From NCBI GenBank assembly GCA_036172245.1, contig JAYWIR010000156.1, forward strand, positions 1 through 56,883: a DNA stretch of 56,883 bases. Reading direction: 5' to 3'. This document shows, piece by piece, positions 23,618-35,930 of this stretch (position 1 is its first letter; every line of letters starts with the position of its first letter). A program made the position numbers and the translations under genes. The notes beneath the pieces were generated by a model. It saw only the letters and a list, made by a program, of their open reading frames with translations, did no database searches and had not been told where the DNA came from. Origin of the DNA: Raillietiella orientalis (Eukaryota).

Positions 23618-26420
23618 TTTTATTACTAAAATTTATTCACAATATAAGAATTCCATAATAAAGTCTTGATTTGTTAAATAAAGTTTTTTTTCCTTTCTTC
23701 AGTCGGGAAACGTGGCCCGACTGTCTTGAAGCACTTGTCCTTACCGACCCGAAGGCCGATAAGGTTCTCCACACTGCCACAGGGGAGGAAAAAACAAGAA
23801 TAAAACAAAAAAAAGAAAACGTCTGGGGGGGGGATGTTCTTTGAAAGGAAGGAGGGAAGAAGGGGATCACGGTACGCCGTGAGGAGGCCTTTGCATGTGG
23901 TTCCGGATGCGAACAACTGCCGGTAAATGGTGTCGAAGTCGGCGCCAACGGCAGGCCTTCTCCAAGGAGATGGCTGCCCAGTGCATGGCACTCCCACTGG
24001 TCCGTCCTCTCCTTGACGCGGTCCACTTATCCAGGATTCCGCGTATGCAACAGAGCACTGCTACACACCCGGAGGCTGGCATGGCGTCCTGCATCAGGAG
24101 GCGTCTGAATAAGTTTTTCGGGTCGCCGACCGGAATGTTCAGAATCGACAAGAGTCAGTCCCACATCTCCCGGAGGGCGACACACTCCTGAATCAGGTGG
24201 GGAAAAGTCTCCCGTTCCCCGAACTCTGTGCGGTTGGCATCCACACTCCCCGATGTCCAGTGAGAAAGGCGTGCTCTGCTTGAAAGTGTTCAATGGAGCA
24301 GAAGCAACTCCGTCTCCTGCCACTGCAGAGGAAGGGTAATGTTGTCCGAAGACACCGGGGACCACTTCATCTCCTGCGAAGGTATGTCGAGTAGCGCTCT
24401 CCAGCGTAAAAGTCCGTTCGGCGGGACACTCGGGGTACTAGCGTCTGCTAGTTCCCTTGACGTCCACGCCTTCAATAGTTTTTTCCTACCTCTGATGAGG
24501 CAGGACACTTCCCATGATGCCTCCTGCTGGCTGTCCCGAACTTCCCTAAGGGAGGGCAGCACGAGGGCAAGAAAGGTGAAGGACGCCCAGAGAAGTTTCC
24601 TTGGGTTGCATATGAGCTCCTGCAGTGGCTGACCAGCGTGCCTGCCTCTACGGAGGCAGGAAAAGTCGTCATCGCTGGAGCCGTTTATTTTGGCCCATGC
24701 GGAAATGTACTGCTGGAGCCAGGTAGTCGAGTCCGCAGGGATCCCAGGAAGATCCACGGATTATCTCTCAACAGGGCAACCATATCTCGCAGCTGAAACT
24801 TACAATGGTTCAGGCTGCGGTCGTTGGCTACTAGGATTGAGGTCAATCCTTGGCAGCCGGTTGCCCTGTGAACGAGGACTCTTGATGGTGCACACCAGGG
24901 TGCGGTCCAATACTTTGCCACAAGGGCAAGTTTTCGGTATTGGAGCTGTCGCTCCATGCTCTTTAACGTCAGGAGACCAAGTCCACGGTCCCTGCGTGGA
25001 GCGCACATGTCTTTTAGTCGGACGCGGGCCTCCGGCTGCTCCAGAGGGCTTTCCGTATGAGACCCCTTGTCCGTGTCCTAATTTGTATAAAGGTGGGGCA
25101 CACAAAAAGTAGGGGACGAAGGAGGGGGACCGCGAAAGCTTTCCACACCGCGGCCCGTTCCTGCAAGTAAAACTTGCCGTCCCGGAATGGGCCGATCGCC
25201 AACTCCACCTTTTAAAGACTGTCGGACCAGGTTCCTGCAGCGCAGAAGTTTCCCAACGGAACGCCAAGGTACTTAATGTACCTTGGCGTTCTGTTGCCCG
25301 TGGTTGCACGTGGGGATCCCCAAACGGAATTAGTCCGACCGTCCTGATTTTCCTGCTGGTTGATAGGAACGAGGCCACGAATGGTTGTTTTTACTTTCTT
25401 ACTTTTCTGGTTTTCCTTGAGCCAAGAGAAACCTCCTTCCTCCCAAAGGACGGAGGTTTTTTGCTTCCTGCATCGTCTTCTGTGCCGGGGAGGTCGGTGA
25501 TCTCTGTCCTTCATTCCGACTGGTCACTGCCACCGGTTGGAAGCTTCTCCAGGCTCACTCTCGCGCAGCACTCCGCTTTTATTTTTAGAAGCTTGTTCTC
25601 CAGCTTCTCACGGTGTGCAAACTCCACGGTCCTGTTGATGTCATCCTGGACTTCACACAAAATCGTCTTGCTCGTTCCCGCTCTTTCTAAACCTCCGATT
25701 TTTTCTCATTGCACATCTTCCGCTAACTTTTTCAGGACTTCCGTAACCTGCAGAGTTTCCTCCGTTAGCGTAACACTTTCTTTCTCTACACTCTCATTAT
25801 CTCCCTTTTCTGCCATTTGGTGTTCCTCCACTGCGTGCTTTACCTCTTGATTCTTTCCACAAACTTCCTGTTCCCTCGAGAGTCCCTTTCTCCCTTTCCT
25901 CCATACTTCCACAAAACCGTCCCCAGACTTCCTCGGGACTACGCCCTTCTTCTGCATCTCTCTGCAACTACCTTTTTTGGTTCCTCAATCGGTGTTTCGG
26001 CCCTTCCCCTGACGGGAGAAAACCTTCGCATACTTCGCCAATTTGCGAACTTCTAGCAGTCTCACTTCGCGTGGCACGGAGCCTTGCGAAAGGCGCACAC
26101 CGACGGCATCTCACACGTTCCAGCCTGATGGACTATTTTTTCACAACGGACACACCTAGACCGTGGACAAGTACTGACCCTATACCCAAAGTACTTGCAT
26201 CCCGTGAAGAAAATAGTCTGTTTCCGGTATCGAACATGGACCTCCTGGGAGTCGCTATCGATATGCGCCAACCCTGGGATCTGCGCCCCCTCCAACACTT
26301 TTCCGAAATAGTTCCTGAACTCTACGTCCTGGACTTCGCCATATTCGGATAGAAATCCAGAGTTTTCGATTTTGGATAAAATTATGCGGCACTGATGTTA
26401 CTCACTGCCTGGGCGGATAT
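23618..26420 (-). mobile_element. Tx1/L1-clade element T2 (ORF1 remnant joined to ORF2 C-terminus; APE/RT core deleted)
   Basis: YIKYLGVPLG, APRRDRGLGLL, LLLHW and a C-terminal Cys/His remnant; ORF1 zinc knuckles CKYFGYRVSTC/CVRCEKIVHQAGTC; AATAAA at the 3' end. Confidence 0.8.
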
Positions 26421-27059
26421 TGGGCAAAGTTTTCAACAAGGCATAATCACGGCTCTGTCGCCTTCTTCGCCTACGATACCGCCCATTCCAAAGGCTGCTT
26501 ACTATGATGTTTTCCGTGTTTCAGGTGGTTTTTCAGGTGTATTCATTTCCTTCAGGTCGGCCTATCGGATCGCAATTTGCAGGTAGCGACCCGCGTGTAC
26601 GATGGCGCCCCTATCGCTGCTTTCTGTGTTTGCTGCAGTCCACGCAGCCACACTCCCTCGGAGGCAGAAGAGCGCTGCCAGGATTGAGGCTGGTGGCAGG
26701 ACGTCTCGCAAGATGAGGAGTCGCACAACGTCTCTGGGGGGGGCGTCCGAGCGGCATCCAGAGGGTCGTAGCGTAACGTTGTCACAAGGGCCGAAGGGCA
26801 TCGGAGTCCACTAACAGGTGGGAGAGGCATTCCTTCCCCCCGCACATTGCACACTTGTCCGACCTTCCCCAACGTCCAGTGGTGGCTGCGCGCGTTGCAG
26901 GGAAGACCGTTGCGGCGTTTTTACAACTACTCAAGGACGTCGCGGCAGACCCTCAAAGCGTACCTATCTCTCACTAGCAGCGGTACCTCCACTCACACCT
27001 CCGTCTCTTTCACAGCTCACCCAATGCATCCGAGAAGCAGGAGAATTACCAGCGTCCTT

Positions 27060-28310
27060 CTACGGAAGTAGGATGAGATGGCTGTCGAAAAGAGGCGGTC
27101 GAACCAAGATCGCCAGCTGGAGGTCCATCGTGTACTCAACTCGGACGCCAAGTGGTTGGCAAAGATCTGGGCCAACCGCTTAGGCAAGGTCATACCGAAG
27201 CTGATCTCTCCATTCCACGCATGCGCGTTGCCCGAACGCAACATGTCGGTGATCGGGCCGCTGCCTGTTTTTACCCACATGGAGAAGGCTTTCGACTGCA
27301 TGGACCATGAGATGCTACTGAAGATTCCAGAAAAACTAGGCCTCCCGGAATACTTCAGCACCTCCGTGGAAAACATTCTTTCCAACAACACTTTTGGATT
27401 AAGATCAGTGGAGAAGAGCCATTGGTACGAAAACACCAGCTAAAGATCGTTGCAAGAAGCAGGGAAATCTGGTAGAAGGAATCAATCTAGGTGATCCCGT
27501 GGTTGCTTCGAGTGCCTTCGGACACGAAAGGCTGGGTCTACTAGCGCACCAATGTTATTCTCAACCGAATCATGGATGGAGAACAGGAGGACACCTACAC
27601 CATTCTCCTATACTCCGGTATATCAAGATGCTGTTAGGAAGATACACCCATAGGGACCACCAGGTGTGGAAAAACCAAAATAACTTCGCGTGGTCCAGGG
27701 TCGACATGGAAAACCTCCGGAAAATTATCAAAGATGAAAACAGAGACACGAGTGCCCTTCTACAAGCTGCCGATCGCCACGGAAGTAACAGGATCAAACT
27801 GTTGGCGATCGACACGACACTATGGTAGAGTGACACACCACCGGACATGCAGAAAGACCTCCTGATGTTATTTCATGAGGACTGCAGACCGTGTACAGGA
27901 TACTAGATTCCACAGAGAACGCGGAAGATGGCAACTGCGAGGCGTATGGCGACCCGGGAACAAGAATTTACGTCCTAACCTGTCCCGCAATCCATCAGGA
28001 CTGGCAGACCATGAGAAGCGTTATAGGAGTTCCCGACACCACCACCACGGGATTCCTAGCACGGATGTTTCAGGGGAACGTGAACGTTACCCTATACAGC
28101 CAGAGGGCCAGGACAAGGATCGCCCTCTTCATCCCCGCTATCCTGAAGCGACGGTGGAAGATGAAGAATGCCAGAGCGAGCGCACCCTCTATGGAGATCC
28201 TAAAAGAACTCGTGCAAGACGAAATTGGAACCCGGTACTACGGGAAAGTGCAAGCCTGGACATACGAGTGCATCCTGAGTAGGATAGAAGGTACTGTCCA
28301 GGCACAATCC
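27060..28310 (+). mobile_element. Tx1/L1-clade fragments (RT start and C-terminus), plus strand
   Basis: VLNSDAKWLAKIWANRLGKVIPKLISP and HMEKAFDCMDHE; the C-terminus RIALFIPAILKRRWK..EILKELVQDEIG is homologous to T1. Confidence 0.8.
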
Positions 28311-28459
28311 CACACGCAGTCCTGCCAAGTGCAGAATGAAGGTAGGCTTCGCCGCAGTGACTCCTCGAGTGAAAGTTCAGTGAAAAGCGATAAACTGAAG
28401 TTTATTCTTGTGAATGGGAATGTATTGTGGATGAAAATAATTTCACCACACCGTTTCTG

Positions 28460-29970
28460 AGTCTTGAGGGAGTTGGCGATCGCGAGAGAGGCTGTCTCTT
28501 CCTGATGGGAGGATTCACACGTTGCCTTTTCGACCGCTAGGGGCGCTGCTGCAGCGGTTGAGAACGCCTTAGCCGTTTTCTCAACGGCTGCGGTGGGCGC
28601 TGCTGACGCGCACGGGGTTTGTGGCCGTGCCGGCAGTTTCCCCGCGGCGGTCGGCGCCTGGGGCACCTCGGCCGCGGTGGGTTCAGACAACGCGGGGTTC
28701 TTTGCCCGCGGACGCGATTTTCCCGTGTCGGGAAAACGACTGCATTGCACGCCGTTGGCCGAGGCTTTGATGCGAGGCTTTTGGGTCACGATGGCGACAG
28801 TAGGAGACTTTTTGTCCTTCGGCACAATCGCTCGTGCTTTCTGAGGATCGCAGCCAGCCTTCAGGGAAGGGTCGAATCCTTCGCGAGCTTCCTTCGGCTC
28901 AGCAGCCTCAGGCATCTTCACGATGCGCTTTTTTGTTCTTGCCGTACCCTTTTGTGTAGGGAAAGAATTTTTTTTCTGCGCGAGCGCCTTCGCGGTCTTT
29001 TCGGCGCTTTCTGCATTTTCAATGTTTATTTTTTTCAAGCTGCGGCGTTTATTCGACGATTCGATAGCTGCTTCATTTCTGCGCTTCTAATTTTTTTCCA
29101 GGAGCTCCAGGCACGTTGGCTTAGTGTGCCCGGGCTCGCAGCAGTAAAGGCATGCGTCCGAGGGACAGTTGGCAATTCGGTGTCCCTGCCGCCCGCATTC
29201 CGCACAGGCACGCGTTTGCCCCGCAAACCACAGGAGCATGGTCGCTCCGTCCACCTGCAGTAGCGTCGACATTGTCTGGCGATCCACAAGGGTCATCCAC
29301 ACTCGCGCGAGCCCGCTGTGCTGGTCTTCCAAACCATCAGCAGGGTTCTGTAGCCTCTGCAGCACGTGGACGAATTTCTACAGGACCTCAACGACCTGCA
29401 GGCCCTGAAGGCACTTGGAAATTCCACTCAGCCGGACAACGAACGACTGGTCCGTAGTGAATGGGAGTATTTTCTGCCCACGAATGAGCAGCAGCGTGTG
29501 CAACAGACATTGCACGAGTGCGTCCTAACTGGAAACCCCCAGAAGCCGCACCCCCTCGTGGGCATGATGGACTCCAGCTGGCCTTTTGGAACTCCAATCC
29601 GTTGGAGTTCCTGGCCGAACTCGCGCTTAACCCGCTCAGGCATAAGGACACTTACCTTATACCTGACTGCAGGCGTGTGGCCATTTGCTACATACGCCTG
29701 AAGCTCAGGGCTGTCGGGCGAAGGTCCCATCGTAGCCGCGAGGGCAGCGACCTGGGCGAACGTCCTCGCCATCGGCGAGGACAGTGGCTCCTTGCTAGCA
29801 GCCGAAACCTCCATCTCAGGAGCAGGTACCTTTCCCTTCTTGCGGCTGATGGTCTTCCTTGCTCCCATTGCAGCAGAGCAGAACAAAAACACACAAGAGT
29901 CAGCGTACTGCGGAGCGACGCAAAAGCACGTCCGTACGCGGCCCGCACTGATGCGGGAACGCTGATGAGG
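28460..29970 (-). mobile_element. Tx1-like element A: 5' UTR and ORF1 (gag-like) only
   Basis: MGARK start at 29868; knuckles CAECGRQGHRIANC and CLYCCEPGHTKPTC; homologous to ORF1 of element B. Confidence 0.85.
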
Positions 29971-29994
29971 TTTGAACCCGGTTGCGTCGGGACG

Positions 29995-32900
29995 TTTATT
30001 TGTAAAAGCAAACCACAATCTTGAAGGGAAATTCATTCTTTCAAGACACAAGGAAAGCCCATACAGAAACTTCAGCCTGGAAGGATCACCATCACGCAGG
30101 TTGCCTTCCAAAAGAAAGAAACGGAGGGAGAGGTGTACAAAATAAACAAAAGATAAGAGAACAAACAAAAAAACAGTGAAGAATGGGGTCAGGGATCTTT
30201 GGTATTAAACGTTCCTCATCTTCCTAGAAGCGCTGTATGACGATGGCGACTTCCCTGGAGACTTTTCTGGGCAGATGAGGCCACCTGACGGCTCCCTTCA
30301 TAAGGTTCGCGTTTATCCTGGCGGCGTCCATTCGCTGCGAGCTCCTTGTAGCTCACGGCGGGCCGCTACGATGGCGCGGATGCAACAGATTGTTTCGATC
30401 ACAGCGCCTTTATCCAGTCCTTCTTCACTGAAGAAGCGTCGCAGCAGGTGAATGACAGTGTCCTGGGGACGACAAAGTGCCGAACCAAGTCTCCGCCATA
30501 ACTCCCGCAAGTCACTGCACTCAAGGAGAAGGTGCGTAAGCGATTCTATCGCCTTGCACCTGAGGCAGTTCGGGGAGGCGACTCCCTCGGAAACCAAGTG
30601 TCTGCGCTTATTGCACTGAAATCCCCAGTGCAGGAAGAGCAGAACATCCTGTTTCCATCGAAGCGGGAACACGGAGGTGTCCACACACAAGGAAGGGACC
30701 ACGAGATCTTCGGGGAGTAATCCAACAACCTCACTCCACCAAAGGAGTCTCTTTGCCGGGTAACGAGAGGTGGCAGCTTCTACCAACACGCTTGTGTTGC
30801 AGCCGCTCAGCAGTCTTTCCACTCCTGCAATGCTGCAGAAGAACTCCCACCTTGCCGGTTGGCTACTGTCGTTGTTTGCCCTGAGAGCAGACAGCGCTGC
30901 GGCGATGGGAGAGACGGCTGCCCGGGACCAAAGCGACCAGTCCTGTAGGATCACTCCTAGCGGTTTGCGTAAGAGGCCCTTTAGAAGCCGCAGTTGCTCT
31001 GGACGAACAAATAAAGTGGAAGTCCAGTGCTCCAGAGCTTCCTGCTGCCAAGGATTCCAGTTGGAGGGGCGGCAGGAAATCCAGGAATGGGCTAACAACG
31101 AGGACAGATGCCTCAGTGGGTAGCCAAATCCAGTTCTCCGGCGAAGGTTGCGCGGCAGCAACGAAGGCAATCCTGCACTGCCCACACAACGCTGGAGGAT
31201 GTGGCGAGCCGGAGCACACCAGTGACTAGACCACAATTTCCCACATAGGGATAGAAGCCGGAACTGCACTTGCAGTCCAATCTTCTGGATGGTCAGAATG
31301 CCCAGGCCTGCGTCCTGGCATGGCGCCACCAAATCATTAAGTCGAACCCTGGATCGTGCAGCGCCTCACAAGACCTTACGTAGGAGACGCTGCGCTTGGA
31401 GTTTAACCACATAGGGAGGAGGACAAACAAAAACTAAGGGGCGGAGGAGGGGCGCAAGAGAAGTGTTCCATATGCACGCCCTTTCCGGCAAGACGAACTT
31501 GCCTTCCAGGAACGGGCCTAGAGCCATCTCTGCCTTCTGAGGATAGGCCGACCACGCTTCAGACGAGCAAAAGTCGCCCAACGGAGCGCCAAGGTACTTA
31601 AAATACCTGACGGTAGGGATTCCCAGGCGGATCCAGTCGGCCTGCTCCTCCCACGACGCACCCACCGGCACGACGGAGCACTTCGCCCTGTTAACGCTCA
31701 TGCCCGCTCCACGACGGATCAGCTCGAAGAAGTCTTCGACCGAGTCCGGCGGAGTGGACATGGGCAACAGAAGCAGAAGGTCGTCTGCCTATGCTGCCGC
31801 GGACGGAGTGCACGGAGAGGCGCTGGGCAGGACGACCAGCGTTAGCTTGTATGCTTTCAGCATCAACTCAAAGTAGATGCTGAAGAGCAACAGGCTTAAT
31901 CTGTCGCCCTGTCTTATGCCTCTGCGCACGGCCACACCGTACACGCGGGAGCCACTGAAATGCAAGTTGATAAGCTCGTGGCTTCAGCAGGAGCGCAAGT
32001 ACAGGAGAAGTTGGTTCGGCAGCCGAAGACGCTCCAGGAGCTCCAAGAGGAGTTCCTGGTTGACGCAGTCGAATGCTTTATGCAAATCTACTGCTACTGC
32101 CAAGGCTCCCGGCCTTTCTCTCGTCCGTCCGCACTGGCGCTCGCAGTTGGCAGAAGGTCTTGCCGCTGTTCGGCTATCCGCCGCAACGCGCTCTTGCAGC
32201 TGCCATTAGGTGCGCGCCAAAAGAAGGTTAGCATCCATGGATCTTCTTAGTACAGCGTAAGACTGCTCCGGGCTTACCACGGACCTCGCGATCTTCCTTA
32301 GGCGCGTCACCCTCAGCTTCGAAAACAACTTGACGTCCGTATTCACTAACGCGATCGGACGTCAGTTGTTGAGATGGCGCAGATATCTTTCTTTCGGAAG
32401 GAGACGCACCCTCGCTGAGCGAGAGAAAGAAGGGACATCGCCCGTCACCCTCATCAGCGTCGAGAGCCTGAGCACCAGTGGGGCGAGTTCCGCCGCGAAG
32501 CTCTGATAGAACTCCGCGGGCAGCCCGTCCTTACCTGGCGTCTTCCGTTTCTTGAGTCCTGCGATGGCGGAAGACACTTCTTCCGCCGTTAAGGGCTCGT
32601 CGAGACGGGCGCGTTCCTCCTCGCCGATGCTGTGTGCACCCCGCGGCAGAAGCAGTTCCGAGAGGATTCTCTCCGTTGGGGATTTGGCGTAGAGCAAGGT
32701 GAAGTGACGCTTCAGTGTTCGCCTTACTTCGGCAGGAGCCGTGCATTCCCGGCCTCGGTCGTTGAGCAGAATAGCCGCTCCAGACTGCCTGACCTGGAGA
32801 TCGGCCCTCGCCTTGTACTCTGCGAGGTGCCGGACTTCCGCACGTCTAGAGAAGGTACGCGCCTGCAGAAATGCTCTGCTATTAGCCACGCCTTTCCCGA

Positions 32901-35900
32901 AGCCGCGTGGTAGCAGGTGCAGGGGGAACCGGTCGCAAAACTCGCGAACCGATCTTTTAAGATGGTCCCAGTCTGCGAGCTGCCGGATGGCAAAGCCGCG
33001 AAGGAACTGGCGAAGATGCTCCGCCGCCTCCGGATGACTGAGCCAATCCGCCGGCATCCTCCAAACATTGTTCGGAGGTCCCTTGCCCGGCGGGAGTAGC
33101 TCGAACTCCAGCCTATCATGGTCCCATAACGTGGACGGCGCCCTGCCTCTCCTTCTCGCTCGTGAGAGTAGGTGTTCATCGAGGTGAACGTGATCCACGC
33201 ACCTTTCCAGTCCAGGCTCGCCGGCTTTCAAGTTACGCGCGTGCACCGACGCGCATGCCTCTTTCACCCGCGACCGATCCGCCAGGGACCGCGTCTCGTT
33301 GGAAAGCAGGTGGACGTTGAAGTCCCTGCAGCGAGATGTGCCACTCTGTCTCCGGAGTTCCTGAGCCATTGGCTCTCCAGCACATCGAAGAACTCGATTC
33401 TTTCGGCGCGCAGATGACAGCCGCTCGGCGCGTAGACGTTCGTCAGGACGAGGTCGATTGAATCTGACCACTTGAGTACAAGTTGGCGTATTCGCCCTTC
33501 CTGGTCGAATCGAACGCTGCACACCGCTCCCGCCATCCTACTATTGACGAGAAAACCGACTTCGCACGATTGTGCAGAACCTTCTCGCCAGTACAGGGTG
33601 CCACCCGCGCGCTGTTTAATTCCGGCAACCTCCGCGTCGGAGATGTGATGCATCTCCTGAAGGATCGCCAAGTCGAAGTGTCGCAGGGTGTCTGACACGT
33701 GGCGCCTCTTTCCGTCCCTGCGCATCCCGTTGACGTTCCGACAGGCTACGCTGAACCCACGAAGAGAGGCGACTTCCTGCATTAAGGCTGGGAAGGTGAG
33801 CACAGGTTTCTCGCCTTGTCCGGTAAGTGGTCACGAGACAGAACAGCAGATTTTGGAGAGGGGGCATCTCCATTCTAAGCCGCCTTGCTTGTTGCCGGTA
33901 GCTCAGAGGTGAGGTCCATCCCCTCCTCTTTGCTCCCCGGCGACAGATCCTTTTCGGCAACCACGCACTTCCGGGTCTTCGGGAAGCGATTGCGCGGTTT
34001 CGGGCGGGTTTCGCGCTGTGTGCTCTTTCTGTCGGACTCTGGATCGGAATCCGACGGTCGAGCGCTTGCCAGGCGCTACTTCTGTTTCCCGGAATTGAAG
34101 AAATCATTTGCTGCCTGTTGCTTAGCGCTTTCTGCTACTGCGGATGGGACTTTCGTCCTTTTAGCCGCAGCAGCAGCTTCCCGTTCCATCCGCGAGAGGA
34201 CGACTGCACAGGTGGAAAGGATCGCAATCTTTTGGGGGGATGGTTTTGCGGGTTTCTTGCGTCCACTCACCTTCACACAGAGCTGCGAGGACCTTGACGG
34301 TTTTTTTTTAATTCTCTTTCTCACCTGCATGCAGCCGTCTTCCTTCGCGTCGCAGTTATGTTTACCCTCCTGAGATGGCGCTGCGTCCGCGGATGTAAGA
34401 GGCGCTGCCTTGGCTGCCTCTTGAAGTGCTGTCTCCGCGCAGGCGTAAGCGACTCCCTCAGCGATCGCGAGAGGCGCTGCCTCTTCCAGATCGGAGGGTT
34501 CGCGCGTTGCGTTTGCGACCGCTGGGAGCGCTGCTGTAGCGGTTGTGCTCGCCCTGGCAGTTTCTTCCTTGTCCGCAGTAGGCGCTGCGTTTGCGCGCGA
34601 GGGCTGCGGGTTTGCCGGCTGTTTCGTCGCGGCACTCGGCGCCTGGGGCACCGTGGCCGCTGCAGGTTTAGCCGGCACGGAGTTGTTTGCCCGCGGGCGC
34701 GATTTTCCCGCATCGGGCGAGCGACCGCATTCCTCGCCACTTGCTGGGGCCCTGATAGGAGGCTTCTTGCCCTTCGGCGCACTCTCTCCTGCACTGAAAA
34801 ATTCGTTGCGAGGTCTCGGTGAAAGGTCGCATTCTTCGTGAGCTTCCGTCGGCTCGGTAGCCTGAGGCTTCGCCGCGACGAGTTTTTTCATGTTTTTCTC
34901 CCCTTTTTTGTGGAGGGGAGAAAGAGTTTTCTGCGCATGCGCGCTCGCGGTTTTCGCAAGGCTCTCCGAACTTTTGAGGTTTTCTTCTCTCGATTCGCGG
35001 CGTTTATTTCGCGATGCGATACGCGCTTCGTTCTTTCGCTTTTCGTTTTTTAGAAGGAGCTCCGGGCACGTTTTTTTGTGTGCCCGGGCTCGTGGCAGTA
35101 ACGACCAACGGCCGAGGGACACTTCGTAAGGCGGTGACCCTCCTGCCCGCATTCCGCGCACGCAAGCGTTTGCCCGGCAAACCACAGGCGGACGGTCTCT
35201 CCGTCCACCTGCAGTCGCGTGGGCATTGCCCTCCGATCCTCCATCGTCACTCGCACCTGCGCGAGCCCGCTGTGGTGGTCTGCGAAGCCCTCAGCAGGGT
35301 TTGGCAACCTCCAAAGCGCGTGAACGGAGGCGAATCTTTCAAGGGCCTCCACGACCTGCCGTTCCGAAAGGCCCTTACACACTCCACTCAGCCGGACAAC
35401 GAACGACTGGTCCGTAGTCAATGGGAGTATTTCCTGTCCACGAATGAGCAGCAGCGTGTGCAACAGACATTGCACGAGTGCGTCCTAACTGGAAACCCCC
35501 AGTAGCCACACCCCATCGTGGGCATGATGGACTCCAGCTGGCCTTTTGGAACTCCAATCCGTTGGAGTTCCTGGCCGAACTGGCGCCCAACCCGCTCAGG
35601 CATAACGACACTTACCTTATACCTGACTGCAGGCGTGTGGCCATTTGCTACATACGCCTGCAGCTCAGGGCTCTCGGGCGAAGGTCCCATCGTAGCCGCG
35701 AGGGCAGCGACCTGGGCGAACGTCCTCGCCATCGGCGAGCACAGTGGCTCCTTGCTAGCAGCCGAAACCTCCATCTCAGGAGCAGGTACCTTTCCCTTCT
35801 TGCGGCTGATGGTCTTCCTTGCTCCCATTGCAGCAGAGCAGAACAAAAACACACAAGAGTCAGCGTACTGAGGAGCGACGCAAAAGCACGTCCGTGCACG

Positions 35901-35930
35901 GCCCGCACTGATGCGGGAACGCTGATGAGG
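29995..35930 (-). mobile_element. Near full-length (~5.9 kb) Tx1-like non-LTR retrotransposon B, pseudogenised
   Basis: ORF1 35828-34076 (zinc knuckles, Ala/Lys-rich tail). ORF2 ~33782-30313: APE (RNVNG, LAILQE, TNVYAP, DFN, DHDRL), RT (KTPGKDGLPAEFY, DLHKAFD, GIRQGD, A*ADD with TAG replacing Tyr) and CCHC CLRCKAIESLTHLLLEC. AATAAA at the 3' end. Confidence 0.93.

Noticed and set aside
29961..29995. Hammerhead ribozyme from CTGATGAG
   Set aside because: No GAAA after a stem II, and no matching cleavage triplet or stems.
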